Positions 30,151 to 39,382 of a stretch of 64,000 bases of DNA are shown one piece after another (position 1 is the first letter of the stretch; the number at the start of each line of letters is the position of its first letter). Origin of the DNA: Candidatus Hydrogenedentota bacterium. Its GTDB lineage: Bacteria > Hydrogenedentota > Hydrogenedentia > Hydrogenedentales > SLHB01. The notes beneath the pieces are model-generated. The model was not told the origin of the DNA, made no database searches, and worked only from the letters and a program-made list of their open reading frames with translations. A program made the position numbers and the translations under genes. The stretch spans positions 5,709-69,708 of the forward strand of contig JAWXCN010000152.1 in assembly GCA_034408725.1 (NCBI GenBank), in the 5' to 3' direction.

Positions 30151-31143
30151 ATGGAATACCGCAATGTCGGCGCCTCGGGTCTGGAAGTGTCGGCGCTTTC
30201 ATTTGGGTCGTGGGTGACCTTTGGAGATCAGATCGACGAGCAGATTGCCGAAGACTGCATGAAAGCGGCATGGGAAACCGGGGTCAACTATTTCGACAAT
30301 GCGGAAGCGTACGCCGGTGGACGGGCTGAGTCCGTGATGGGCAGCGTATTGAAGCGCATGGCTTGGAAGCGGTCCGAAGTGGTGATTTCGACGAAAATTT
30401 TCTGGGCGGGGAAAGGTCCAAATCAGGTTGGCGTATCGCGCAAGCGGTTGATAGAAGGAACAACGGCAAGCCTTGCGAGACTTCAACTGGACTACGTGGA
30501 CATGCTGCTGTGCCATCGGCCCGACTCCCGGACTCCGATTGAAGAGACGGTCCGTGCGATGAACTATCTGATCAATCAGGGTAAGGCATTGTATTGGGGC
30601 ACGAGTTGGTGGTCCGCGAAGCAATTGCTCTCCGCGTATCACATTGCCCGGCGAGAACGGCTGATTCCGCCTACCGTCGAACAGCCGGAGTACAACATGT
30701 TTGCACGAGAATGGGTCGAGTCGGAATACGAGGGCCTTTACGATGAGTTGGGACTTGGACTCACGACATGGAGTCCCCTTGCAAGCGGTATGTTAACGGG
30801 AAAGTATAACGAGGGAATACCACCAACTTCCCGCGTGACGCTGAAGGGCTACGAATGGTTGCGCAAGGAATTCGAGTCCGGCGAAGGCAAGGCGCGAATT
30901 GAGAAAGTGAAAAAACTTGCGCCCATTGCAAAATCGCTGAATTGTTCACTTGCTCAACTCGCGCTTGCGTGGTGCGCAAAGAATCCACGCGTGAGCACCG
31001 TTATCACGGGAGCGACACGCCCGGAGCAGGTGGCCGAAAATATGAAAGCAATCGACGTTGTGCCGTTGATCACGCCGCAGGTCATTTTCGAGATTGAGAA
31101 TGTTCTACAGAATAAGCTCGTTCCCGCGAAGACATACCGATAA
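30151..31143 (+). CDS. Aldo/keto reductase (Kv beta-subunit-like family)
   Basis: MEYRNVGASGL.VS..SFGSWVTFG, FDNAEAY, STKIFW, LLCHRPD, WSPLASG.LTGKY. Start moved to ATG 30151 (RBS AAGGA). Confidence 0.92.
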   Translation: MEYRNVGASGLEVSALSFGSWVTFGDQIDEQIAEDCMKAAWETGVNYFDNAEAYAGGRAESVMGSVLKRMAWKRSEVVISTKIFWAGKGPNQVGVSRKRLIEGTTASLARLQLDYVDMLLCHRPDSRTPIEETVRAMNYLINQGKALYWGTSWWSAKQLLSAYHIARRERLIPPTVEQPEYNMFAREWVESEYEGLYDELGLGLTTWSPLASGMLTGKYNEGIPPTSRVTLKGYEWLRKEFESGEGKARIEKVKKLAPIAKSLNCSLAQLALAWCAKNPRVSTVITGATRPEQVAENMKAIDVVPLITPQVIFEIENVLQNKLVPAKTYR

Positions 31144-31442
31144 AAAAATCCAGATTCTTCCCGTTACGATGAGTATGCACACCCAACGCCGACATCAGTA
31201 TGCAACAAAACTCAGAACGTTTTCGATCAGACGTAGCCGTTGTCGCACCGAAAAGACTAAAAGATGCGCAACATTGGCCTGCCATTTCCTCCCGGAACGA
31301 AGTCTTTAATATCCATTCCGTGTGTAACAGCGCCTGAAACGATCTCGATCTGAGTTTCGTTGTGAGCCGCACGAAAGGTTCGAGCTTTCCGCGACCGTCA
31401 TCTTGAACGAATGTGAATGCCTGGTTATTTCCCGTTTGACAC

Positions 31443-31474
31443 AAAGAAAGCCGGCCCCGGATAACCGGGGCCGG
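31443..31474 (-). terminator. Intrinsic terminator of dnaK
   Basis: Perfect 10-bp stem CCGGCCCCGG/CCGGGGCCGG with 4-nt loop, followed on the minus strand by CTTTCTTT, 15 nt after the dnaK stop. Confidence 0.8.
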
Positions 31475-31488
31475 GTACTGCTCGTTAT

Positions 31489-33456
31489 TCAGCTTCGCTT
31501 TTTGCCTTCATCCACCACAGTAAAATCGGCGTCTGCCATGTCTTCACCCTGCTGTTGGCCGGCGGGTGCGTGAACGTACTCTGGACTGCCTGCACCCTGC
31601 TCCTGCGCCGTGCCGTCAAATGGACTTCCGTCACCCGCTGTTTCCGGTTGCGCGCCCGGCGCGGAGGCGTACAGGGCTTCGGCCATCTTGTTCGAGGCGG
31701 CCGTCACCTTCTGGACCGCGGTCTGGATACGCGTCAGGTCTTCGCCCTTCAAGGATTCGCGGAGTTCGGCGCACGCGGCCTCGATGTCCTCACGGTCGCG
31801 CGGGCCAATCTTGTCCGAGTTCTCCTTCAACGTTTTTTCAGTCGCGTATAGTATCTGGTCCGCATTGTTGCGGGCCTCGATGGTTTCCTTGCGCCTTTTG
31901 TCCTCCTGCGCATGGGACTCGGCATCCTTGACCATGCGGTCAATATCGGATGGGTTCAGACCGCTCGACGCTTCAATTCGGATTTTTTGTTCCTTGCCTG
32001 TGCCCAAGTCCTTCGCAGCGACGTGGACGATGCCATTCGCGTCAATGTCGAACATCACTTCGATTTGTGGAAGTCCGCGGGGCGCGGACGTGATGCCCTC
32101 GAGGTTGAAGCGCCCGAGCAGCCGGTTATCCTTCGCCAATTCCCGTTCGCCCTGCAACACCACAATTGTCACCGCGGTCTGGTTGTCGTCCGCAGTCGAA
32201 AACACCTGGCGTTTCGACACCGGTATGGTGGTATTCCTGTCAATGATCTTCGTGCCAATACCGCCAAGGGTTTCAATACCCAACGACAGTGGCGTAACAT
32301 CGAGGAGCAACACGTCTTTTACGTCGCCCGCAAGCACGCCGCCTTGTATCGCCGCGCCGATGGCGACGACTTCGTCCGGGTTCACGCCGCGATGCGGCTC
32401 CTTTCCGAAAACCTGCTTGGCGGCCTCAAGAACGGCAGGCATACGTGTCATGCCGCCGACCATTACGACTTCGTTGATATCGGCCGCACTGAGGCCAGCG
32501 TCAGCGATGGCTTTTTTACACGGTTCCTTCGTGCGGTCTATCAGCGTGGTGCAAAGCTGTTCGAGCTTGGCGCGCGTGAGCTTGTAGCTCAGATGCTTCG
32601 GACCGGAGGCATCCGCCGTGATAAACGGCAGATTGATGTCGGTTTGCATGCTGGACGAGAGTTCGCATTTCGCCTTTTCGGCGCCTTCTTTGAGACGTTG
32701 AAGGGCCATCGCGTCCTTGCGAAGGTCGATGCCTTGCTCCTTCTTAAACTCATCCGCCAACCAATCGATGATACGTTGATCAAAGTCGTCGCCGCCGAGA
32801 TGGGTATCTCCGTTTGTGCTCATGACTTCGAAACTGTCATCGCCAATAGCGAGGATCGAAATATCAAAGGTCCCGCCGCCAAGGTCAAACACGGCAATTT
32901 TTTCGTCCTTTTTCTTATCGAGTCCATACGCGAGCGCGGCGGCTGTCGGCTCGTTGATGATGCGCAAGACCTCTAGTCCGGCGATTTTTCCGGCGTCCTT
33001 CGTGGCTTGACGTTGTGCGTCATTGAAATAGGCGGGTACTGTAATTACGGCTTGCGTAACCGTCTCGCCAAGATACGTTTCCGCCGTCTCCTTCATTTTT
33101 TGAAGTATCATTGCGGAAATCTCGGGTGGACGATAACTTTTTCCCTGGACTTCAATTTGACAGTCACCTTGCGGGGCGCCTGTGACTTTGTACGGAACGA
33201 GTTTTTCTTCCGCCGTAACTTCACCGTGGCGGCGGCCCATGAATCGCTTGATGGAAAATACCGTGTTCTCTGGATTGGTAACGGCTTGCCGCTTGGCGGA
33301 CGCACCGACCAGACGTTCCCCATCTTTCGTGAAAGCAACAACGGACGGCGTCGTCCGATTTCCCTCAACGTTGGCTATTACGATTGGTTCGCCGCCTTCA
33401 ATAACAGCAACACAGGAATTCGTGGTTCCTAAGTCTATTCCAATTACTTTGCTCAT
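31489..33456 (-). CDS. dnaK: Molecular chaperone DnaK (Hsp70)
   Basis: [50 protein letters not shown]; RBS AGGAGG. Confidence 0.99.
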   Translation of the reverse strand: MSKVIGIDLGTTNSCVAVIEGGEPIVIANVEGNRTTPSVVAFTKDGERLVGASAKRQAVTNPENTVFSIKRFMGRRHGEVTAEEKLVPYKVTGAPQGDCQIEVQGKSYRPPEISAMILQKMKETAETYLGETVTQAVITVPAYFNDAQRQATKDAGKIAGLEVLRIINEPTAAALAYGLDKKKDEKIAVFDLGGGTFDISILAIGDDSFEVMSTNGDTHLGGDDFDQRIIDWLADEFKKEQGIDLRKDAMALQRLKEGAEKAKCELSSSMQTDINLPFITADASGPKHLSYKLTRAKLEQLCTTLIDRTKEPCKKAIADAGLSAADINEVVMVGGMTRMPAVLEAAKQVFGKEPHRGVNPDEVVAIGAAIQGGVLAGDVKDVLLLDVTPLSLGIETLGGIGTKIIDRNTTIPVSKRQVFSTADDNQTAVTIVVLQGERELAKDNRLLGRFNLEGITSAPRGLPQIEVMFDIDANGIVHVAAKDLGTGKEQKIRIEASSGLNPSDIDRMVKDAESHAQEDKRRKETIEARNNADQILYATEKTLKENSDKIGPRDREDIEAACAELRESLKGEDLTRIQTAVQKVTAASNKMAEALYASAPGAQPETAGDGSPFDGTAQEQGAGSPEYVHAPAGQQQGEDMADADFTVVDEGKKRS

Positions 33457-33504
33457 GTTTAGTACCTCCTGGGAATATTGGTTCCTTCAAACTTGCATAT
33501 GAAG

Positions 33505-33521
33505 AGCAACGGTTGTGCCGA
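33505..33521 (-). promoter_or_regulatory. Sigma54 (-24/-12) promoter upstream of dnaK
   Basis: Minus strand TCGGCACAACCGTTGCT = GG-N10-GC with GGCAC and TTGC cores; the -12 element lies about 50 nt before the start codon. Confidence 0.6.
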
Positions 33522-33701
33522 TAGTTCGGGATTTTTCGAGGATGAGACTCGAAAGACGGTAAGTATAGTTATTACAGTTCTTTAGGTCGTGCCGTCCAAG
33601 AGTAGTGTAGAATGGAAAAGCGAGCGGTCATCGTTCGAAGTATTCGCAATTGAAACGGTTTTTGTTTCAAACTGCGACCATAACTTGCGCGAAGAAAATA
33701 G

Positions 33702-33730
33702 TTGACATTTTGCTCTTTTGATGGGAAAAT
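33702..33730 (+). promoter_or_regulatory. Candidate sigma70 promoter for the wecE-hddA pair
   Basis: TTGACA-17 nt-GAAAAT preceded by TG. Confidence 0.45.
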
Positions 33731-33779
33731 TAAAGTAAGACTCGGACTGCACGAGTGTATCTTGGGGTAGGAGACTATT

Positions 33780-34982
33780 TTGAGGGCTGGGCATCAATTA
33801 AGTCCCACATTGATCAAGCTACCGCCGCGCCATCTTGACAAATCGACGATCTCGATTCCATTTAACAAGGTTGCGCCGATGGGACGTGAACTCGAATATA
33901 TGAGCCAGGCGCTGGCGAGTGGTTCTATTTCAGGGGACGGGAAGTTCACGCAGAAATGCCATGCCGGGCTTCAGATGATGCTCGGAGTGCATAAGGTGCT
34001 TCTGACCACATCGTGTACTCACGCGCTGGAAATGGCCGCCCTTCTACTGGATATCCGCGAAGGCGACGAAGTTATTTGCCCCTCCTATACCTTTGTGTCG
34101 ACTATCAATGCATTCACGCTGCGGGGCGCAAAACCCGTGTTTGTGGATATCCGGCCCGATACCTTGAACATGGATGAAACAGCGATTGAATCGCTTATCA
34201 CGCCACGGACCAGGGCAATAGTTCCGGTGCACTACGCGGGCGTCGGCTGCGAAATGGATACGATCCTTGACGTTGCCAACAGGCACGGCATATCGGTCAT
34301 CGAAGACAACGCGCACGGGCTTTTCGGCAAATATAAAGGCCATAGTTTGGGCACTTTCGGGTGCATGGCCACACAGAGTTTTCACGAGACCAAAAATGTC
34401 GCATGCGGTGAAGGTGGGGCGTTGTTGTTGAATGATTGGAAACTCGAGGACCGCGCGGAAATCATCCGGGAAAAGGGCACAAACCGCAGCCGTTTTTTCC
34501 GGGGGCAGGTGGACAAGTATACGTGGGTCGATCTTGGTTCGAGTTATTTGCCGTCTGAGTTGTTGGCGGCCTTTTTGTACGCACAGCTCGAGTGCCGGGA
34601 AGACATTCAGACGCGGCGCGAGCGTATCTGGAAAACCTATTCGTCCGAACTTGCGGCCTGGTGCATTGATAACGGCGTCACGACGCCGGTCATTCCGCCG
34701 CACTGCGATCAGGCGTATCACATGTTCTACATGCTGATGCCGAGCTTTACCGCACGGCAAGGACTAATCGCACACCTCAAAGAACAGGGCATTCATGCCG
34801 TGTTTCATTACCTCCCCCTTCATACGGCGGACATGGGGATGCGATATGGCTATCGCGAGGGTGACTTGCCGGTGACGGAAGACGTCAGCAACCGGCTTGT
34901 GCGGCTTCCGATGTTCAACAGCATGACGTCCGGCGAACAGGCGATGGTTATCGACGCAGTGTTGGACTACAGCGCGCTGTAA
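33780..34982 (+). CDS. rffA: dTDP-4-amino-4,6-dideoxygalactose transaminase (WecE/RffA; DegT family)
   Basis: IPFNK, GDGKFTQKC, LLTTSCTHALEMAALL, VIEDNAH, SFHETKN, REKGTNRS.FFRGQVDKYTW. TTG start after AGGAG (start uncertain). Confidence 0.9.
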   Translation: MRAGHQLSPTLIKLPPRHLDKSTISIPFNKVAPMGRELEYMSQALASGSISGDGKFTQKCHAGLQMMLGVHKVLLTTSCTHALEMAALLLDIREGDEVICPSYTFVSTINAFTLRGAKPVFVDIRPDTLNMDETAIESLITPRTRAIVPVHYAGVGCEMDTILDVANRHGISVIEDNAHGLFGKYKGHSLGTFGCMATQSFHETKNVACGEGGALLLNDWKLEDRAEIIREKGTNRSRFFRGQVDKYTWVDLGSSYLPSELLAAFLYAQLECREDIQTRRERIWKTYSSELAAWCIDNGVTTPVIPPHCDQAYHMFYMLMPSFTARQGLIAHLKEQGIHAVFHYLPLHTADMGMRYGYREGDLPVTEDVSNRLVRLPMFNSMTSGEQAMVIDAVLDYSAL

Positions 34983-34995
34983 CGGGGAGGACCTC

Positions 34996-36030
34996 TTGGC
35001 GCGGCCTGTTACCATTCTCCGCGGCAAAGTACCGCTTCGCATCAGTTTCGCCGGAGGCGGTACCGACGTTGATCCCTACCGCACCCTTTACGGTGGATGC
35101 ACCCTCAGCGCAACAATTGACAAGTTTGCGTACGTGAGTTGCCGGCCGCGCACCGATGACATCATTGAAGTGAGATCATTGGACTACGATATTGTCGCCA
35201 AATATCACAGCAAACAGCCATTTGTCATGGACGGTGAACTCGATTTGGCGAAAGCGGTCATCGCCAAATTGCGCAGAGGGACTTCCGGGAAGGGGTTCGA
35301 TCTGTTCATGCACAGTGACGCGCCTCCTGGCAGCGGGCTTGGCAGCTCTTCGACCATGGTAGTCGCGCTGGTAAGCGTGTTCATGGAATTCTTCCGGAGA
35401 CCGTTGACATCCTACGAAGTCGCGGAACTGGCCTATGAGATCGAGCGCAAAGACCTCGGACTTAAAGGCGGCATGCAGGACCAGTATGGCGCGACCTTTG
35501 GCGGATTTAATTTCATCGAGTACGACGCGTCGAAAGTGATCGTTAACCCGCTGCGGCTCGCCCCGGAAACGCTGCTTGAGCTGCACTACTCCCTCATCCT
35601 CTGCTATACAAAACAGACTCGGGAGTCTGCCGGGATCATTGATGAACAAATTGCGCGTATCGAAGGCGGAAACGATGAGGCCGTGCGCGCGACGCATGCG
35701 CTCAAGGACTTGTGTGTGCAGATGAAAAACGCTTTGTTACGCGGCAAACTGGCGCATTTTGGCGAACTCATGCACGCTTCCTGGGAGCAGAAGAAACGCA
35801 TTGCGACAAGAATCACCAATTCGCGGATTGACGAGTTGTATGAGGAAGCTCGTGCGCTCGGGGCATTAGGCGGAAAAATACTCGGCGCTGGCGGCGGCGG
35901 ATACTTGCTCACCCTGGCGCCGTTCGACAAGAAACATGTGATCATGCGGCGCCTGAGTGATATGGGCGGCCAACCCGTCGATTTTAATTTCGATCATTAT
36001 GGAGCGGTCACGTGGCGGGTAGTGGGGTGA
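34996..36030 (+). CDS. GHMP-family sugar kinase (D-glycero-alpha-D-manno-heptose 7-phosphate kinase, HddA-like)
   Basis: PLRISFAGGGTD, PPGSGLGSSS, GGMQDQY, GGKILGAGGGG. Confidence 0.88.
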   Translation: MARPVTILRGKVPLRISFAGGGTDVDPYRTLYGGCTLSATIDKFAYVSCRPRTDDIIEVRSLDYDIVAKYHSKQPFVMDGELDLAKAVIAKLRRGTSGKGFDLFMHSDAPPGSGLGSSSTMVVALVSVFMEFFRRPLTSYEVAELAYEIERKDLGLKGGMQDQYGATFGGFNFIEYDASKVIVNPLRLAPETLLELHYSLILCYTKQTRESAGIIDEQIARIEGGNDEAVRATHALKDLCVQMKNALLRGKLAHFGELMHASWEQKKRIATRITNSRIDELYEEARALGALGGKILGAGGGGYLLTLAPFDKKHVIMRRLSDMGGQPVDFNFDHYGAVTWRVVG

Positions 36031-36037
36031 GTTACAA

Positions 36038-36120
36038 GGCGCGCGAGGACGCGCGCCCTCCCCGGCAATACGATGCGCGCCCGCCCCGGTAATAGGACGC
36101 GCGCGAAGACGCGCCATTCC
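36038..36120. repeat. Short GC-rich palindromic repeats downstream of the kinase gene
   Basis: Perfect hairpin GGCGCGCG-AGGA-CGCGCGCC (36038-36057), second GCGCG-AAGA-CGCGC (36101-36114), and a duplicated GCGCGCCC.CCCCGG(C/T)AATA. Confidence 0.55.
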
Positions 36121-36322
36121 TACCGGTGCTCTGGAACGGCAAATTCATCTTTCGGGTGGAGATCGGAATTGATGTTGTCTAGGGCGTTTCGGCTCATCTC
36201 GGGGCGGATGAGGACAGGCGGATATGACGCGATGAATTCATCGAGTAGCCCCGCGGCCATTTACGAACACAGTGGCCTTCCGGGATTTGTCCCCCACTTC
36301 TTTTTTGATTACGGATAGGCCG

Positions 36323-36509
36323 TTACCATCCTCCACACATGAAAACAGCAACGACAATTGTGGCCGCCTGGACATCAACGCCCGTGAACAGGCCGACCAT
36401 GCGGTACCAAATTACCTGGTACATGAGGGCGGACTACCCGGAAGCAAACGAACATTGCTACTGTCAGGCCAAACACCAATGCGGAGGCGCTGCTTTGATG
36501 ATGTTTCAC
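36323..36509 (-). pseudogene. Decayed N-terminal fragment of a fused MFS/spermidine-synthase-like membrane protein
   Basis: Manual translation: GTG...LVFGLTVAMF, +1 base at 36449, FASG, TAG at 36434-36436, SALMYQVIWYRMVGLFTGVDVQAATIVVAVFMCGGW, stop. Resembles the FF.SG.AAL.YQV.W.R...L..G....A...V.A.FM.G pattern of that family. Confidence 0.55.
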
Positions 36510-36572
36510 CTACCGCATCTCCGGCTGCGTCGCGTTTCAGGAACTCTCAACAGGACGTTGACTGGCCAGAAG

Positions 36573-37667
36573 CTAACCGTTCTTCGCTTGAAACGCTTTC
36601 ATGAATTCCGCAAGAGTGCTGCACCCGTCAATTGACATCGCGTTATAGATCGAGGCACGGATGCCCCCCACGCTTCGGTGGCCCTTGAGGCCGTCCATGC
36701 CCGCCGCTTTGCTCTCTTGTACGAATTTCGCTTCCAGCTCTTCCGTGGGAAGACGCCAGGTGACGTTCATGGCTGAACGGCATTCGGACTGCGCATGGCC
36801 ACGGTAGAAACCCGTGCTTGCGTCGATTGCGTCGTACAACAGCGTGGCCTTTTCGGCATTGCGCGCCTCGACATTCGCCAAGCCGCCGATGTCCTTTAGA
36901 AGCCACTTCGTCACGAGCATCACCAGGTAGATCGCGAAACAGGGCGGCGTATTGTATAAGGAATCGTTTTCCGAAATGACGCGATAATCAAGCATTGACG
37001 GCAGATTCGCGGGAACCCGTTCGAGCATGTCTTCCCGCAGAATGACGGCGACGACACCGGACGGGCCGATATTTTTCTGCGCGCCAGCATAGATGACTGC
37101 ATATTTGCTCACATCCAGGCGGCGGGACAGGAAATCGGAAGACATGTCGCACACGAGTGGCGCCGCGCCGGCGTCTGGTTCCGCCCGAAACTGTACCCCT
37201 TCTATCGTTTCGTTAGAGGTAAAATGGCAGTAGGCGGCGGCCGGGTCGAGCTCGAGTTCGTCCGGTGCCGGGACGCGCACATATCCTTCCGTTTTCCCGT
37301 TCCAGGCGGCGCGCGCATCGCCCTCCTTCTTCGCTTCCTTGATGGCCTTGCTCCCCCATGCGCCGGTAATGATGTAGTCAGCAGACTTCCCGGCGCCACG
37401 GAGAAAATTCATGGGGATTTGTGAAAACTGGAGCGAGGCGCCACCCTGCATGAAAAGTATCTTGTAGTTCGGCGGCACATCGAGCAGCTTGGCGATGTTC
37501 TCTTTGGCTTCGAACAAGACGGATTCAAAGGTCTTGGAACGATGGCTGATTTCCATGATCGACGCGCCCGCCCCGGGATACAGCAGGAGTTCGCGTTGCG
37601 CCTCTTCAAGTGCTGCGACAGGCAGGGCCGCCGGACCGGCGGAAAAATTGTGGACACGTTGTTCCAT
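36573..37667 (-). CDS. serC: Phosphoserine aminotransferase
   Basis: HNFSAGPAALP, MEISHRSK, FMQGGASLQF, CDMSS, YAGAQKNIGPSG, NTPP, GHRSVGGIRASIYNA. Confidence 0.98.
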   Translation of the reverse strand: MEQRVHNFSAGPAALPVAALEEAQRELLLYPGAGASIMEISHRSKTFESVLFEAKENIAKLLDVPPNYKILFMQGGASLQFSQIPMNFLRGAGKSADYIITGAWGSKAIKEAKKEGDARAAWNGKTEGYVRVPAPDELELDPAAAYCHFTSNETIEGVQFRAEPDAGAAPLVCDMSSDFLSRRLDVSKYAVIYAGAQKNIGPSGVVAVILREDMLERVPANLPSMLDYRVISENDSLYNTPPCFAIYLVMLVTKWLLKDIGGLANVEARNAEKATLLYDAIDASTGFYRGHAQSECRSAMNVTWRLPTEELEAKFVQESKAAGMDGLKGHRSVGGIRASIYNAMSIDGCSTLAEFMKAFQAKNG

Positions 37668-37885
37668 GGCGAATTGCTCCCAAATGCGATCCGGCGCTCG
37701 GAACTATTCTATTCCGGCGCCGGGGATTGCTACCGTGAAAGCGTAACGTACCGGAGCGCGTGGTCCATGCGCAAGTGCCGTAATTAGGCTTCCTCCTAAA
37801 CTTGGTGTTCTGGAATGAGCACAATTCCTTGGGAGCCGCCGCTCTCCAAATAGGCTGCGTGTTAAAACGCGGTTTTTGGGATTAT

Positions 37886-37926
37886 TTGGACTGCGGCGGC
37901 GAAGCGGGTAGCGCAGACATCGCTTT
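37886..37926 (+). repeat. Degenerate single copy of the REP-like element
   Basis: TTGGACTGCGGCGGCGAAGCGGGTAGCGCAGACATCGCTTT shares TTGGA(C/G)TGCGGCGGCG, GGGTAGC and CGCTTT with the 29695 copy. Confidence 0.5.
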
Positions 37927-37953
37927 GGCTGTTTATGGGCGACGTATTACCTA

Positions 37954-37982
37954 TTGACCGGTAGGTCGACACGAGGTATTAT
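37954..37982 (+). promoter_or_regulatory. Sigma70 promoter for the desaturase gene
   Basis: TTGACC-17 nt-TATTAT, 36 nt before ATG 38019. Confidence 0.7.
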
Positions 37983-38018
37983 GAAAACGCCTCGAACCCA
38001 ATCTGATGGAACATCGCC

Positions 38019-39365
38019 ATGCTAAATCTCATCGAGATGGCCATCCCGGCATTCTTCTTACTTATCCTCGTTGAGGTCTGCCTTAGCCTTTTAATCCGGC
38101 GGAGGGTCTACCGGTACACGGACAGCATCAATGATCTGAGCATGGGGATCGTCGATCAGGTCGGTGGCGCGTTTCTAAAGTCCATAGTTTTTGCCGGCTA
38201 TCTTTTTCTATTTCAAAATTACCGATTGTTCGACATTCCCGCCGGCTCGATAGCCGCCGCGATTGGGTGTCTGGCGATGTACGATTTCATGTATTATTGG
38301 GCGCACCGGAGCAGCCATGACGTCAACATTATTTGGGGTTCTCACATCCCCCATCACCAGAGTGAAGAATACAACTTGACCGTTGCACTGCGGCAAGGCG
38401 TGTTCCAAGGGTGTTTTTTCTGGATTTTTTATTTACCGCTTGCGCTGATCGGATTTCATCCCACCCTTTTTATTCTTATGGCCTCTATTGACACGCTATA
38501 CCAATTTTGGATTCATACCCGGACTATCGGAAAGCTCGGCCCACTCGAGTGGGTCTTGAATACACCATCGCATCACCGAGTCCACCATGCCAAAAACCCG
38601 AAGTATATTGATCGGAATCACGGCGGCATTCTGATCATTTGGGACCGCATCTTCGGCACTTTTATGGAGGAGGAGGAGGAACCGATTTACGGTACCGCGA
38701 CTCCGTTGCGGAGTTGGAACCCAGTTTGGGGTCAAGTCCACTATTGGATCGACCTGTTCAAGTTGGCCTGGAGCGCACCGCGATGGCAGGACAAGTTGTT
38801 GGTCTGGGTGAAACGGCCGGCATGGCGTCCGCAAGGGTTGGAAAAGCAAGGCCCGCCAGCGTACCTCACGGAGGCGTTTTACCAAAAATACCACCCGCGC
38901 ATCCCGGGGGGGTTAAGTCTGTACACCGTGTTTCAATTTATACCGGCGTTGCTCATCGGTACGGCGTTTCTGGCGTACGAATCGACCATGACTTGGCAGA
39001 CGCGCACGGGTGTTGCGGGACTGGTGATCATCACGCTCGTCTGCATTGGCGGGATATTCGAGTCCAAACGGTGGGCGCTACACCTGGAAATCGTGCGGCA
39101 TCCCGTGATGTCCGTTACGGCATTTATTTTCGCAAGCATCCATTTTGGATTGGATAGCCCCGCGGGAGTCGTGGCGGCGGCCTTTGGGACGGTCTACTCA
39201 ACGACGATGCTCGCCTGGGTATTGCAGTACCGTGAAGTGTTCGTTCGGGCTTTCGGTCCAATTGAAGAATCCGCCGCGACGACGGCGTCAGTGGAGCCTG
39301 GGCGAATGCTGGTGAACGAATTAAGCGAAGAGGGCGCATTGACGCCGCAAAACGAACAGGCATAG
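38019..39365 (+). CDS. Sterol desaturase / fatty acid hydroxylase family membrane protein, alkylglycerol monooxygenase-like
   Basis: His boxes YWAHRSSH, HIPHHQSEEYNL.VALRQ, FWIHT, TPSHHRVHH; WDRIFGTF; extended C-terminal TM region. Confidence 0.88.
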   Translation: MLNLIEMAIPAFFLLILVEVCLSLLIRRRVYRYTDSINDLSMGIVDQVGGAFLKSIVFAGYLFLFQNYRLFDIPAGSIAAAIGCLAMYDFMYYWAHRSSHDVNIIWGSHIPHHQSEEYNLTVALRQGVFQGCFFWIFYLPLALIGFHPTLFILMASIDTLYQFWIHTRTIGKLGPLEWVLNTPSHHRVHHAKNPKYIDRNHGGILIIWDRIFGTFMEEEEEPIYGTATPLRSWNPVWGQVHYWIDLFKLAWSAPRWQDKLLVWVKRPAWRPQGLEKQGPPAYLTEAFYQKYHPRIPGGLSLYTVFQFIPALLIGTAFLAYESTMTWQTRTGVAGLVIITLVCIGGIFESKRWALHLEIVRHPVMSVTAFIFASIHFGLDSPAGVVAAAFGTVYSTTMLAWVLQYREVFVRAFGPIEESAATTASVEPGRMLVNELSEEGALTPQNEQA

Positions 39366-39382
39366 GTAGGCGCCATCCGCGA

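Noticed and set aside
31082-31444. 120-aa minus-strand ORF after dnaK
   Set aside because: Begins within the terminator region, overlaps the AKR 3' end, no RBS, no recognisable motifs.
31610-33432. Long plus-strand ORFs (325, 354, 141 aa) opposite dnaK
   Set aside because: Antisense frames of a highly conserved gene; no RBS or family motifs.
33457-33779. CIRCE or sigma32 element upstream of dnaK
   Set aside because: No TTAGCACTC-N9-GAGTGCTAA and no convincing CTTGAA-N13-15-CCCCAT found by eye.
36272-36635. Plus-strand ORFs of 110 and 98 aa after the kinase gene
   Set aside because: Overlap the serC 3' end, lack RBS and motifs; the minus-strand pseudogene reading explains the region better.
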